Under the pieces are notes generated by a model that saw nothing but the letters and a program-made list of their open reading frames with translations, was not told the origin of the DNA and made no database searches. A stretch of 64,000 bases of DNA from Patescibacteria group bacterium (GTDB lineage Bacteria; Patescibacteriota; Microgenomatia; Daviesbacterales; UBA10151), in NCBI GenBank assembly GCA_943356485.1, contig CALRFD010000002.1, positions 37,032 through 101,031 of the forward strand, written 5' to 3'. Positions within the stretch are counted from its first letter, which is position 1. Every line of letters begins with the position of its first letter. The translations under genes were made by a program, and so were the position numbers. Shown piece by piece: positions 18,319-30,659 of this stretch.

Positions 18319-19371
18319 TCATCTAAGCAGTTTTCCCAGAAGTTCCGGCCTCAAAGAGTATCTTCTTGCTACTTCCTCTGAAATTTTACCGCTTTTCACC
18401 AAACCTACTAAAGATTTTTCTAAATTTTGCATTCCTGATTCAGCCGAGGTTTCAATCAAATTATCAATGAGGTAAGTTTTTCCTTCTCTTATTATATTTC
18501 TTACTGCTGGATTGGCAATTAATAACTCTGATGCCAAGACTCTGCCTGGTTCAATTGTCGGCACCAGCCTTAAAGAAATTATCGCCTCAAGAGTTGATGC
18601 TAACTGTAATCGAATTTGTGGTTGCTGATCTTCAGGGAAAACATCTATAATACGGTCAACTGATTGTGCAGCTGAATTAGTATGCAGGGTAGCTAAAACC
18701 AGATGGCCTGTTTCTGCAATTGTCATGGCAGAAGACATCGTTATTAAGTCCCGCATCTCACCTATTAATACTACGTCCGGATCTTCCCTTAAAACTGAAC
18801 GCAACGCATTTTCCCAGGACTTTGTATCTCTAAACATCTCACGTTGATCAATTATAGATTTAGCTTTTGGGTAAACATATTCTATTGGATCCTCAATCGT
18901 AACTACATGCTGTGCAGATTCTAAATTGATCTTATTAATAAATGATGCCAGCATGGTTGATTTTCCATGTCCGGTAGGACCTGTAACCAATATGAATCCC
19001 TGTTTTAAATTAGGAAGCTTTTGTATAACAGTTGGTAAACCTAAACTTTCCAGCGGAGGAATTTTATAGGGGATCAGTCTTAAAGCCGCTGCCGGATACC
19101 CTTTTTGACGATACACATTAGCCCTAAAACGGGCTTTACCTTCAAACTCAAAGGAAAAATCAAGTTCCAGGTTTTCCCGGTAAATATTTCTTTGGAGCGG
19201 GCTTAAGATTCTGGCTATTAAGCTTTCTATTTGTTCGGGAGTAGACGGATGCTCCCCGGGTACAGGTATTAAATCACCGTGAATTCGCAAGGAAGGTTCA
19301 AAACCAACAGACAAATGTAAATCTGAAGCATTTCTTTGAATCGTTAAATCTAGCAGTTGTTGTATGTTCAT
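18319..19371 (-). CDS. pilT: Twitching-motility (retraction) ATPase
   Basis: MNIQQLLDLTIQRNASDLHL... N-terminus, Walker A GPTGHGKST, 350 aa. PilT/PilU family. Confidence 0.85.
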   Translation of the reverse strand: MNIQQLLDLTIQRNASDLHLSVGFEPSLRIHGDLIPVPGEHPSTPEQIESLIARILSPLQRNIYRENLELDFSFEFEGKARFRANVYRQKGYPAAALRLIPYKIPPLESLGLPTVIQKLPNLKQGFILVTGPTGHGKSTMLASFINKINLESAQHVVTIEDPIEYVYPKAKSIIDQREMFRDTKSWENALRSVLREDPDVVLIGEMRDLITMSSAMTIAETGHLVLATLHTNSAAQSVDRIIDVFPEDQQPQIRLQLASTLEAIISLRLVPTIEPGRVLASELLIANPAVRNIIREGKTYLIDNLIETSAESGMQNLEKSLVGLVKSGKISEEVARRYSLRPELLGKLLR

Positions 19372-19385
19372 ATATAATAGTGACT

Positions 19386-21104
19386 CTAATCCTGTGCTAC
19401 CCTTAAGACCTCCTCAAGGGTTGTTATCCCTTCCAGCACCTTTAGGTAGCCATCCTGCTTCATAGTAATCATTCCTGCTGAAACAGCCAGTTCTTCAATG
19501 GCATTTGAGGAAGCATGTTCTAAAATAAGCTTACCAATGGCATCAGAAATTATTAATACTTCATAAATACCAGTCCTGCCCAAATAACCGGTATTTCCAC
19601 ACTGGGGACAACCCTGACCTTTATATAGCTTCATCCCTGCCGCTTGGTTAGCAGGGATAAACTTTCCGAGGTTTTGTTTAACACTTTCTATAACTTCAGG
19701 TGCGGCATTATATTCAACTCTACAATGCTGACAAATTTTTCTAACAACCCTCTGGCCTACAACTGCATTTAAAGCTGAAGTTAGTAAAAAGGGCTCAACA
19801 CCCATGTCTAAAAGCCTGGGGGGAGCGCCTGCAGCAGAATTTGTATGAACGGTGGAAAAAACCTGATGACCGGTTAAAGCTGCCTGAATCGCTAAATCTG
19901 CAGTTTCACTATCCCTAATCTCTCCTACCATAATTATATTAGGATCCTGGCGTAAAAAAGATCTTAAGGCTGAGGCAAAAGTTAACCCTACTTGCGGACT
20001 AACTTGAACCTGGTTAACTCCAGGAATTTGATACTCAACCGGATCTTCAACTGTTAACACATTTACTTTAGTGGTAGAAATTTTTGCCAGTATCGAATAG
20101 AGAGTCGTAGTCTTCCCTGAACCTGTAGGACCACAAATTAAAATTATTCCATGGGTTCGCAGGAGCTGAACATCAAGCGACTTTAATGATACCCCCCTTA
20201 ATCCAAGTTCCAAAAGAGTAGGTGCAGCATTGGTTTTAGGAAGAAGTCTCATCACAACTTTTTCTCCGAATACAGTTGGAACTGTTGATACACGCAAATC
20301 TACTTCACTTTTTCCATACGTAAACGAGAAACGACCATCTTGAGGAAGCCTTTTTTCATCTATTTTCAAAACAGAAAGAATTTTTATCCTGGATACTAAG
20401 GCATCATGCACACCCTTTGGTAGAAGAATTTTTTCCTGCAGGATTCCATCAATTCTATATCTTACCCTAGTTCTGTCCTCCTGAGGCTCTATGTGCACAT
20501 CTGAAGCCCTGGTTTTAATTGCATATTCTAAAAGCTGGTTAACAATATTTGAAACAGGAGCTTCTCTAATAATCTCCGGTTCTGAAGATTGTTGTTGCTC
20601 CGGACTGACGGATTGGACTTCATTTAATGCAGAAGTTACCTCTGAAGTCAAATTTTGTGAATACTGATCACCAATTGCTTTTAGGATATCTCCTTCAAGC
20701 GCCAGAAAAGGCTTAACCCTCATCCCGCTTCTTTTTTCAATAAACTGAATAATCTGAATATCCAAAGGATCCTCCATGGCCACAAAAAGCTCTTCTCCGT
20801 TTTTTTCAAAAGGGATAATTTTATAACGACGAGCCGCAGGTTCAGGGATAAGATTTAAAATATCAGCAGCAATCGCCTTACCCTCCAGCTTAATAAACGG
20901 CACGTTTAAAAGCTGAGCTTTAATCTGAGTGATTTTCTCTATTGGAACAAGGTTATGCTGAATTAAAATTTTATCAGCGCTTTCACCAGTATTAATACTT
21001 TCCAACTTAACCGCAGAAAGTTGATCTGCGCTTAAAAGCCCTTCTTTGAAAAGGATATCTTCAATCGTTACATTAATATCTTGCGAAGCAGTTTGATTTA
21101 CCAT
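19386..21104 (-). CDS. pilB: Type IV pilus assembly (extension) ATPase, GspE family
   Basis: GSPII_E N-terminal domain, Walker A GPTGSGKTTT, and the C-terminal tetra-Cys CQHCR...CPQCGNTGY. Confidence 0.9.
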   Translation of the reverse strand: MVNQTASQDINVTIEDILFKEGLLSADQLSAVKLESINTGESADKILIQHNLVPIEKITQIKAQLLNVPFIKLEGKAIAADILNLIPEPAARRYKIIPFEKNGEELFVAMEDPLDIQIIQFIEKRSGMRVKPFLALEGDILKAIGDQYSQNLTSEVTSALNEVQSVSPEQQQSSEPEIIREAPVSNIVNQLLEYAIKTRASDVHIEPQEDRTRVRYRIDGILQEKILLPKGVHDALVSRIKILSVLKIDEKRLPQDGRFSFTYGKSEVDLRVSTVPTVFGEKVVMRLLPKTNAAPTLLELGLRGVSLKSLDVQLLRTHGIILICGPTGSGKTTTLYSILAKISTTKVNVLTVEDPVEYQIPGVNQVQVSPQVGLTFASALRSFLRQDPNIIMVGEIRDSETADLAIQAALTGHQVFSTVHTNSAAGAPPRLLDMGVEPFLLTSALNAVVGQRVVRKICQHCRVEYNAAPEVIESVKQNLGKFIPANQAAGMKLYKGQGCPQCGNTGYLGRTGIYEVLIISDAIGKLILEHASSNAIEELAVSAGMITMKQDGYLKVLEGITTLEEVLRVAQD

Positions 21105-21151
21105 GGACAGAATCTCCTTAAATTAGGAGTTATATACATTATGTCTAATGT

Positions 21152-23894
<2,743 letters not shown>

Positions 23895-23901
23895 TTACCC
23901 C

Positions 23902-25176
23902 ATGAGGATTCATTTTTTAGGAATAGGGGGATCCGGCGCATCTGCTGCTGGCGCTATCGCAGAGTCACAGGGTTTTGAAGTGACAGGTTGTGACAAAGAT
24001 ATTGATAATGAATTTACAACTTCTTTTAAACCAGGACAACTTTTTGAAGGTCACGATCCAAAACATTTAGAAAATACTGATATTTTAGCAATTACTCCAG
24101 CAATAACTTCTTTAGATCCAAGTAACCCAGAGTTAAAGGAAGCAAAGAAAAAGGGAATTCCGGTATTAACATGGCAAGAATTTGCGGGGGAGTATTTAGC
24201 CAAAGACAAATTTGTCATTGCTGTTTGCGGAACACATGGTAAAACTACTACCACAGCAATGATTGCTAAAATACTTGAGGATGCAGATTTAGATCCCACA
24301 GTATTGCTCGGAGCAATCAACCCAAAGTGGAAAACCAACTACCGCCTCGGGAAATCTAAATACTTTATTGTAGAAGCTGATGAATTTAATGATAATTATC
24401 TACACCATTTTCCAGAAATTAGCGTCGTTACTAATATAGAGATGGATCACCCTGAATATTTTAAAGATATAAATGCATATTTAGATTCATATGAGAAATT
24501 TTTATCGCAAACTAAACAAACAATCGTGGCTAATCTAGCGGATACAAATGTTGCAGAAGCTGTAAAGGATGTAATGAAGCAATCAAAAGTTTCTGCTTTT
24601 GATTTTAATAAGATTGAAACAAATTTAGATTTAAAAATACCTGGAAGTCATAATATTTTAAATGCTAAAGCTGCATTTCAGGTAGGTCTTTTGCTTGGAA
24701 TCAATCCTGAAGTTATCACAAAAAGTTTAAATAATTATACTGGGGTGGGAAGAAGATTTGAATATTTAGGGGATTTCAATAAAGCTAAGGTTTACTCAGA
24801 TTTCGGCCACCATCCTACAGAAATTAAAAAAACCATGATCGCAGCCAGAGAAAAGTTTCCTAAAAATAAAATTTATCTATTTTACCAACCGCATATGTTT
24901 TCCCGAACTAAAGCTTTATTTGATGATTTTGTAAATGTATTTAAGAATTTACCTGTTGATGGCACTGTCATCTTGGATATATATCCTTCGAGAGAAAAAG
25001 ACATTGGCTTAGTTAGCTCTGAGAAGCTAGTTAAAGCTATAAATAAAAAATATGTGTATTATGCAAAAATACTTAAAAGGCAGGAGTTTGAACAATATGC
25101 AAAGCCAGGAGATATTTTATTCTTTATGGGTGCAGGCGATATAGATAAGATAGCAAGAGAGTTAGTAAAAACTTAG
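23902..25176 (+). CDS. murC: UDP-N-acetylmuramate--L-alanine ligase
   Basis: MRIHFLGIGGSGASA (Rossmann) and VCGTHGKTTTTAMIA (Mur ligase P-loop). 424 aa. Confidence 0.85.
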   Translation: MRIHFLGIGGSGASAAGAIAESQGFEVTGCDKDIDNEFTTSFKPGQLFEGHDPKHLENTDILAITPAITSLDPSNPELKEAKKKGIPVLTWQEFAGEYLAKDKFVIAVCGTHGKTTTTAMIAKILEDADLDPTVLLGAINPKWKTNYRLGKSKYFIVEADEFNDNYLHHFPEISVVTNIEMDHPEYFKDINAYLDSYEKFLSQTKQTIVANLADTNVAEAVKDVMKQSKVSAFDFNKIETNLDLKIPGSHNILNAKAAFQVGLLLGINPEVITKSLNNYTGVGRRFEYLGDFNKAKVYSDFGHHPTEIKKTMIAAREKFPKNKIYLFYQPHMFSRTKALFDDFVNVFKNLPVDGTVILDIYPSREKDIGLVSSEKLVKAINKKYVYYAKILKRQEFEQYAKPGDILFFMGAGDIDKIARELVKT

Positions 25177-25973
25177 GTCAAAGAGATTTTCTTTATCTTA
25201 TCTTTAATTTCAGAACCAAAAAATCTTCCCGCAACCTGATAAACTCTCTCTGGTGCATCTGTCACAAAAAATTCTCTAGTGGGAACATTCTTCTCCGCAA
25301 ATAAATCATTTTCTGCCAATATCTTCTTCAACTCTTCTGTGGTTGGCTCTGCCGAATCAATTAAAGCTACGCCTGATCCTAAAATCTGGGCAATTGCATC
25401 TTTTAAAAGAGGATAGTGGGTACAGCCTAAGATTAAAGTATCTACCCCTGCTAAAATAATATTATGCAAATAATCTTCTGCAATAAGTTTTGTAGCCTTG
25501 TGAGAATACAATCCTTCTTCTGCTAATGGAACAAACAAGGGACAACCAACTGAAATAATCTCAATTTCAGGATCGATATTCTTGATTTCTTTTTCATAAG
25601 CGCCACTATTAATAGTTCCGTTTGTACCTATCACTCCGATTTTTTTATTCCTGGTCTGATTAACTGCTTTTTTTGCTAGCGGTTTTACTACACCAATTAC
25701 AGGAACGGGCGACATTTTTTCTATCTCCTCCAGCGCAACGGAAGAAATGGTATTACAGGCGACAACTAGAGCTTTAACATTTCGCTTTAGCAGAAAATTG
25801 GCCAGATCTTTTGCAAAAGAAGCCACAACCTCTTTAGAGCGTGTTCCATATGGAACCCTGGCTGTATCGCCAAGATATATTATACTTTCATAAGGCAGCT
25901 GCCTCACAATTTCTTTTGTGACGGTCAAGCCGCCAATACCAGAATCAAATATTCCAATCGGACTTCTATTCAT
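25173..25973 (-). CDS. murI: Glutamate racemase
   Basis: IGIFDSGIGGLTV N-terminus plus the two catalytic Cys regions (VVACNTIS and ILGCTHYP). Confidence 0.85.
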   Translation of the reverse strand: MNRSPIGIFDSGIGGLTVTKEIVRQLPYESIIYLGDTARVPYGTRSKEVVASFAKDLANFLLKRNVKALVVACNTISSVALEEIEKMSPVPVIGVVKPLAKKAVNQTRNKKIGVIGTNGTINSGAYEKEIKNIDPEIEIISVGCPLFVPLAEEGLYSHKATKLIAEDYLHNIILAGVDTLILGCTHYPLLKDAIAQILGSGVALIDSAEPTTEELKKILAENDLFAEKNVPTREFFVTDAPERVYQVAGRFFGSEIKDKIKKISLT

Positions 25974-26021
25974 AGATTTTAATTACTAACCCCAAAGAGA
26001 TATAATACCAAATATTAGGCT

Positions 26022-27380
26022 ATGAACCAAATTAATTCATTTGAAGGCAAAAAAGTATTGGTGTTTGGATTGGGGCAAAATCAGGGCGGAGTAGGGTCGG
26101 CTTTATTTTTTGCAAGCCAAAACGCCCATGTTAGAATTACTGATTTAAAAACCAAAGAAATCCTGAAATCTTCTATCAATCAGCTAACAACTTATCCAAA
26201 TATTTCATATACTTTAGGCGAGCATAAAACAGATGATATCGATTGGGCTGATTTAATTATCAAAAACCCGGCGGTTAAACCCGGTAATTCCTATATAGAA
26301 TACGCTCTGGAAAAAGGTAAAAGAGTCGAGCAGGATATGGGTATATTTCTGGAATTTGTCAAACCCTCACAAATTATCGGCATTACAGGCACCAAAGGAA
26401 AATCTACCACTGCTTCTTTAATTTATGAGATTCTGAAGGAAGGACGGGATACGAACCTGCGAGGTGGAGTTGTATTAGCCGGAAATATCGGCACTAGCGT
26501 TTTAGAATGCTTAAATAGAATTGATGGCGATACCCTGGTCATTTTGGAGCTATCCTCATTTCAACTGGAAGCTTTTGATACTCATAAAGTTTCGCCCCAT
26601 TGGGCAATAATTACCAATATTTATGAGGATCATCTAAATTATTATAAAAATATGGATGAATATATCAGCGCCAAAAAAATAATTGCCAAATATCAAAACA
26701 GCCATGATTTTTTATTTATAAAAAGGGAGGACCCAGTTTTAAATAACCCCAAATTTCTTACAGGCTTAAAAGGACAAACTATTTTTTATTCCTCTACAGA
26801 CTTACCGGTAGATTTTGAGCCAATTTTAAAAGGAGAACACAACTTATCAAATATATCGGCAGCCTTTGCATTGGGCAACAATTTTAACATTAACCCAAAA
26901 TTCTTACTCAAATCTCTTATTCACTTTAAAGGCGTCCCCTTCAGGATGGAGCTAATAAAAGAGTGGGCTGGGTTTAAAATTTATAACGACACCACTGCCA
27001 CTAACCCCAACGCTACAGTTGAAGCTTTAAAAACCCTGGGATCAGAAATTATCCTAATCTGCGGAGGAATGAATAAAAACATGAATTATAGAGAACTTAG
27101 TTGTGCAATCAACCGATATGCGAAAGCCGTTTATTTTTTAGAAGGGGACGTAGCTGATGAAATAATTTGTGACATGGCGGATCAATCTATTATTGAAGGA
27201 AGGTTTAATAATCTGGAGGAATTACTGAAAAAATTAAAAGAAGATATTAGAAAAAAGCCTTTTTATTTCAAAAAAGGAGACATCATTTTATTCTCTCCAG
27301 GAGCCACTTCTTTTAATATGTTCCAAAATGAATTTGATAGGGGTAGAAAATTCAATAAAGCGATAGATTCAATCTTCTAA
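26022..27380 (+). CDS. murD: UDP-N-acetylmuramoylalanine--D-glutamate ligase
   Basis: KKVLVFGLG...GITGTKGKSTTASLI P-loop, 452 aa. Sits in the mur cluster. Confidence 0.8.
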   Translation: MNQINSFEGKKVLVFGLGQNQGGVGSALFFASQNAHVRITDLKTKEILKSSINQLTTYPNISYTLGEHKTDDIDWADLIIKNPAVKPGNSYIEYALEKGKRVEQDMGIFLEFVKPSQIIGITGTKGKSTTASLIYEILKEGRDTNLRGGVVLAGNIGTSVLECLNRIDGDTLVILELSSFQLEAFDTHKVSPHWAIITNIYEDHLNYYKNMDEYISAKKIIAKYQNSHDFLFIKREDPVLNNPKFLTGLKGQTIFYSSTDLPVDFEPILKGEHNLSNISAAFALGNNFNINPKFLLKSLIHFKGVPFRMELIKEWAGFKIYNDTTATNPNATVEALKTLGSEIILICGGMNKNMNYRELSCAINRYAKAVYFLEGDVADEIICDMADQSIIEGRFNNLEELLKKLKEDIRKKPFYFKKGDIILFSPGATSFNMFQNEFDRGRKFNKAIDSIF

Positions 27381-27382
27381 TC

Positions 27383-28507
27383 ATGCTTAAAATATTAAAC
27401 ATCTTTAAAAAAGAATATAAAAGCTTAAATTTCATAGAGATTTCAAAAGCAAACCTTATTCATAACTATAACTATTTATCCTCCTTAAATCGCAAGATTA
27501 AAATTGCGCCCGTTATAAAAAGCAACGGTTATGGACACGGCATCGTTAATATTGCCAAAATATTAGCTCCCCAAAATCCTCCTTTTTTTTGCGTAGACTC
27601 ATTATTTGAAGCTTATGAACTACTTAAAGCTAATATAAAAACTCCTATACTAATAACCGGTTACACTAACCCTGAGAACCTAAAGGTCAAAAAACTACCT
27701 TTTTCGTTTGCTGTTTTTACACAGGATTTATTAAGAGCTATAAATGATTATCAGCTGCAGTCCAGGATACACATATTTGTAGATACGGGCATGAGAAGGG
27801 AGGGCGTGAGGGTAGAAGAGCTGCCAGAATTCCTAGATGCATTAAAACAATTTCCAAATCTAAAAATCGAAGGGGTTATGAGTCATCTGGCATCTACTAA
27901 CGGAAAGGGTGATCCTGTTTTTCAAAATCAAATAAGAAATTTTAAAAAGGCCTTAGAGATTTTTAGAAATTATAAAATTAAACCCAAATGGATTCACATA
28001 GCTGCCTCAGGAGGATTAGTAAATAAAGAAACAAACGAAATAGTTTCTCAAATATCAAATTTATCCAGAGCTGGGATAGCTCTTTTTGGACTTGTCGATA
28101 ACAAAAATTTAATTCCTACTTTAAGATTAATAACCCATTTGGCTCAAATCAAAACTTTAAAAAAAGGTGAAACTACCGGATATGATAGCACTTTTAAAGC
28201 TCCTCGCAATTTAAAGATTGGGATTTTATCAATTGGTTATAATGATGGAGTAGACAGAAGACTTTCTAATAAAGGATTCGTAAAAATAAATAATATTTCC
28301 TGCCCGATTATCGGTAGAGTCAGTATGAATATTACAACAATTGACATTAGCAAAATCAAAAACCCCAGGGTCGGGGAAGAAGTAATCATATATTCTAATA
28401 ATCCAAGTGATAAAAATTCTTTAGAGAATTGTGCAAAAATTTGCGATACTATTACTTATGATCTTTTAGTGAAATTGGACAGATCTATAAAAAGAATAAT
28501 CACTTAA
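27383..28507 (+). CDS. alr: Alanine racemase
   Basis: IAPVIKSNGYGHG is the PLP-lysine motif. 374 aa. Confidence 0.85.
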   Translation: MLKILNIFKKEYKSLNFIEISKANLIHNYNYLSSLNRKIKIAPVIKSNGYGHGIVNIAKILAPQNPPFFCVDSLFEAYELLKANIKTPILITGYTNPENLKVKKLPFSFAVFTQDLLRAINDYQLQSRIHIFVDTGMRREGVRVEELPEFLDALKQFPNLKIEGVMSHLASTNGKGDPVFQNQIRNFKKALEIFRNYKIKPKWIHIAASGGLVNKETNEIVSQISNLSRAGIALFGLVDNKNLIPTLRLITHLAQIKTLKKGETTGYDSTFKAPRNLKIGILSIGYNDGVDRRLSNKGFVKINNISCPIIGRVSMNITTIDISKIKNPRVGEEVIIYSNNPSDKNSLENCAKICDTITYDLLVKLDRSIKRIIT

Positions 28508-28510
28508 TTT

Positions 28511-29254
28511 ATGTATACAAAGATAGATAATTTACAGGTTTATTTTCAAAAAGTTGGTAGAGGAGGGGATTTAATCATGCTTCATGGTTGGGGACAAGAT
28601 GTCTCAACTTTTTGGCCATCCTTGGATCTTTTAAAAGATAATTTTACTCTTTGGCTGATAGATCTTCCGGGATTTGGAAGATCAGATTCTCCACAAAAAA
28701 CATATGACACAAAAGACTATGCAAAAGTTTTAGCAGAATTTATTAAGATTAATAAAATCAAAAACCCTAATATATTAGGTCATTCATTTGGTGGAAAGAT
28801 AACGATTAAATTTACAGCCCTTTACCCATATTTAGTAAATAAAATAATTTTAGTTGGCGCATCCGGCATTAAACCCGTTCCTTCATTAAGGCGCACTTTA
28901 ATTCTTCCTTTGGCGAAAATTATACATTTTCTTATTCCAGATATATTAAATCTTAAAACTATTATCAGGAAGAAATTTTATAGAAAGATAGAGTCTGACT
29001 ACGAAAACGCAGGACTAATGAAGGAAACACTTTTAAAAACTATCCGGGAGGATTTAACAGAAGATCTTAAAAAAATTAATAATTTAGCCCTAATTATTTG
29101 GGGAGAAGAAGACAGGGCGGTTCCTATAAGATACGGTATACAGATGTATCGGCTAATTAAAAACTCAAAGTTAGTTACTTTAGAAGGACGTGGGCATTTT
29201 TTACATGTCCATGATCCGGAAAGGTTTACATATTATGTCAAGGATTTTATCTAA
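28511..29254 (+). CDS. Alpha/beta-fold hydrolase
   Basis: LIMLHGWGQD, the nucleophile elbow GHSFGG, and a C-terminal GHFLHV histidine. Confidence 0.6.
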   Translation: MYTKIDNLQVYFQKVGRGGDLIMLHGWGQDVSTFWPSLDLLKDNFTLWLIDLPGFGRSDSPQKTYDTKDYAKVLAEFIKINKIKNPNILGHSFGGKITIKFTALYPYLVNKIILVGASGIKPVPSLRRTLILPLAKIIHFLIPDILNLKTIIRKKFYRKIESDYENAGLMKETLLKTIREDLTEDLKKINNLALIIWGEEDRAVPIRYGIQMYRLIKNSKLVTLEGRGHFLHVHDPERFTYYVKDFI

Positions 29255-30659
29255 AATTTTCCCGCTTTTAGATTATTTATATATTTACCAAATTATGGAA
29301 TATAACTCCTGGGAATTTCTAAAATGGTTTCTCAAAAATCCGTTAAAAAGAAATTTACAAAAAAAACACCACCTTTATTTTAGTAATAAAGCTCTGGCGA
29401 TACTGGTTGGAACTGTTATTCTGGAAACAATTGTTGCAATAATTTTAAATATTAAGCCAGATCATTCAGCTATTTTTTTTATACTATCACTTATTCTTCT
29501 GCAACCCTTAACTCCATTTTTTCTAATCCTTGCAGATTTATTTTATAAACCATTAGAGATTTATTTAAAAAATAATATTTTAGAAGATGCTAAACAAAAA
29601 TTAGAGAATTTACCTTATTTAAAAATAGCCGCTATTACAGGTTCATTTGGAAAAACATCGACAAAGGATATCTTGTATACACTGCTTTGGAAAAAATATT
29701 ATGTTGTTAAAACTCCAAAAAGTTTTAATACCCGACAAGGCATCGCTCAAACTGTTTTAGAACTGGTAAAAGAAAATACTGACATTTTTATTTGCGAAAT
29801 GGGAGCGTACAAAAAGGGGGAGATTAAAAAAATCTGTGATTTTATAAAACCAGATATTGGTATTGTTACTGCAATAGCGCCACAACACCTAGAAAGATTC
29901 GGATCAATAGAAAGTATAGTAAAAGCTAAATTTGAACTACCTCAATCTTTAAAAAAAGATGGAATAGCTATTTTAAATAGCACTTATGCGCAAATTAAAG
30001 ATAATTCATCTAGTGTTAACGCTAAAGTTATTTTCTATGGAAGTGAGGGGGATCCGTTTTACGCCACTAATATTAAAACAAATATTGAGGAAACTTCTTT
30101 CACAATTCATACCCCCGAAGGGAAAACTAAAATTAATATCCCCTTAGTAGGGGAGCATCATGTAGCAAATTTTCTGGCTGCATCCGCGGTTGCACTGCAA
30201 CTGGGTCTAACACTTTCTGAAATAAGAGAGAGAGCCAGGCTATTATTACCAACTCCACACAGAATGCAGATTAAAAAAGTAGGCAATATGACTTTCATTG
30301 ATAACTCATATAATACTAATCCTAAATCTGCAGAGAGCTCTCTAAATCTACTTGCAAGTTTTAAAAAAAATAGAAAGATAGTTATTACACCCGGGTTTGT
30401 GGAATTAGGAAATGAGGCGTCAAGAGCTAACCAAGACTTTGGAAATTCCATTAAATGTATCGCTGATGAAGTTATTATAGTAGGAGAGAATGCTAAAAAA
30501 GATTTACTCGAAGGAATGAAGGCGATTACCCCTCACCCGGAAGATGAGGTGCATTTCGCCAGTTCTACCAAAGAAGCTATCCAGCTTGCACAACGACTAA
30601 CAATGGGCGTAGAAACAGTAGTACTGCTTGAAAATGATCTGCCCGATCAGTATTCCTAA
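29235..30659 (+). CDS. murF: UDP-MurNAc-tripeptide--D-Ala-D-Ala ligase with an unusually hydrophobic N-terminal ~120 aa
   Basis: IAAITGSFGKTSTKDIL P-loop and a Mur ligase C-terminal domain. The ATG at 29235 overlaps the previous gene by 20 nt, whereas the ORF track begins at 29190. Two TM-like helices precede the ligase core. Confidence 0.75.
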   Translation: MSRILSKIFPLLDYLYIYQIMEYNSWEFLKWFLKNPLKRNLQKKHHLYFSNKALAILVGTVILETIVAIILNIKPDHSAIFFILSLILLQPLTPFFLILADLFYKPLEIYLKNNILEDAKQKLENLPYLKIAAITGSFGKTSTKDILYTLLWKKYYVVKTPKSFNTRQGIAQTVLELVKENTDIFICEMGAYKKGEIKKICDFIKPDIGIVTAIAPQHLERFGSIESIVKAKFELPQSLKKDGIAILNSTYAQIKDNSSSVNAKVIFYGSEGDPFYATNIKTNIEETSFTIHTPEGKTKINIPLVGEHHVANFLAASAVALQLGLTLSEIRERARLLLPTPHRMQIKKVGNMTFIDNSYNTNPKSAESSLNLLASFKKNRKIVITPGFVELGNEASRANQDFGNSIKCIADEVIIVGENAKKDLLEGMKAITPHPEDEVHFASSTKEAIQLAQRLTMGVETVVLLENDLPDQYS

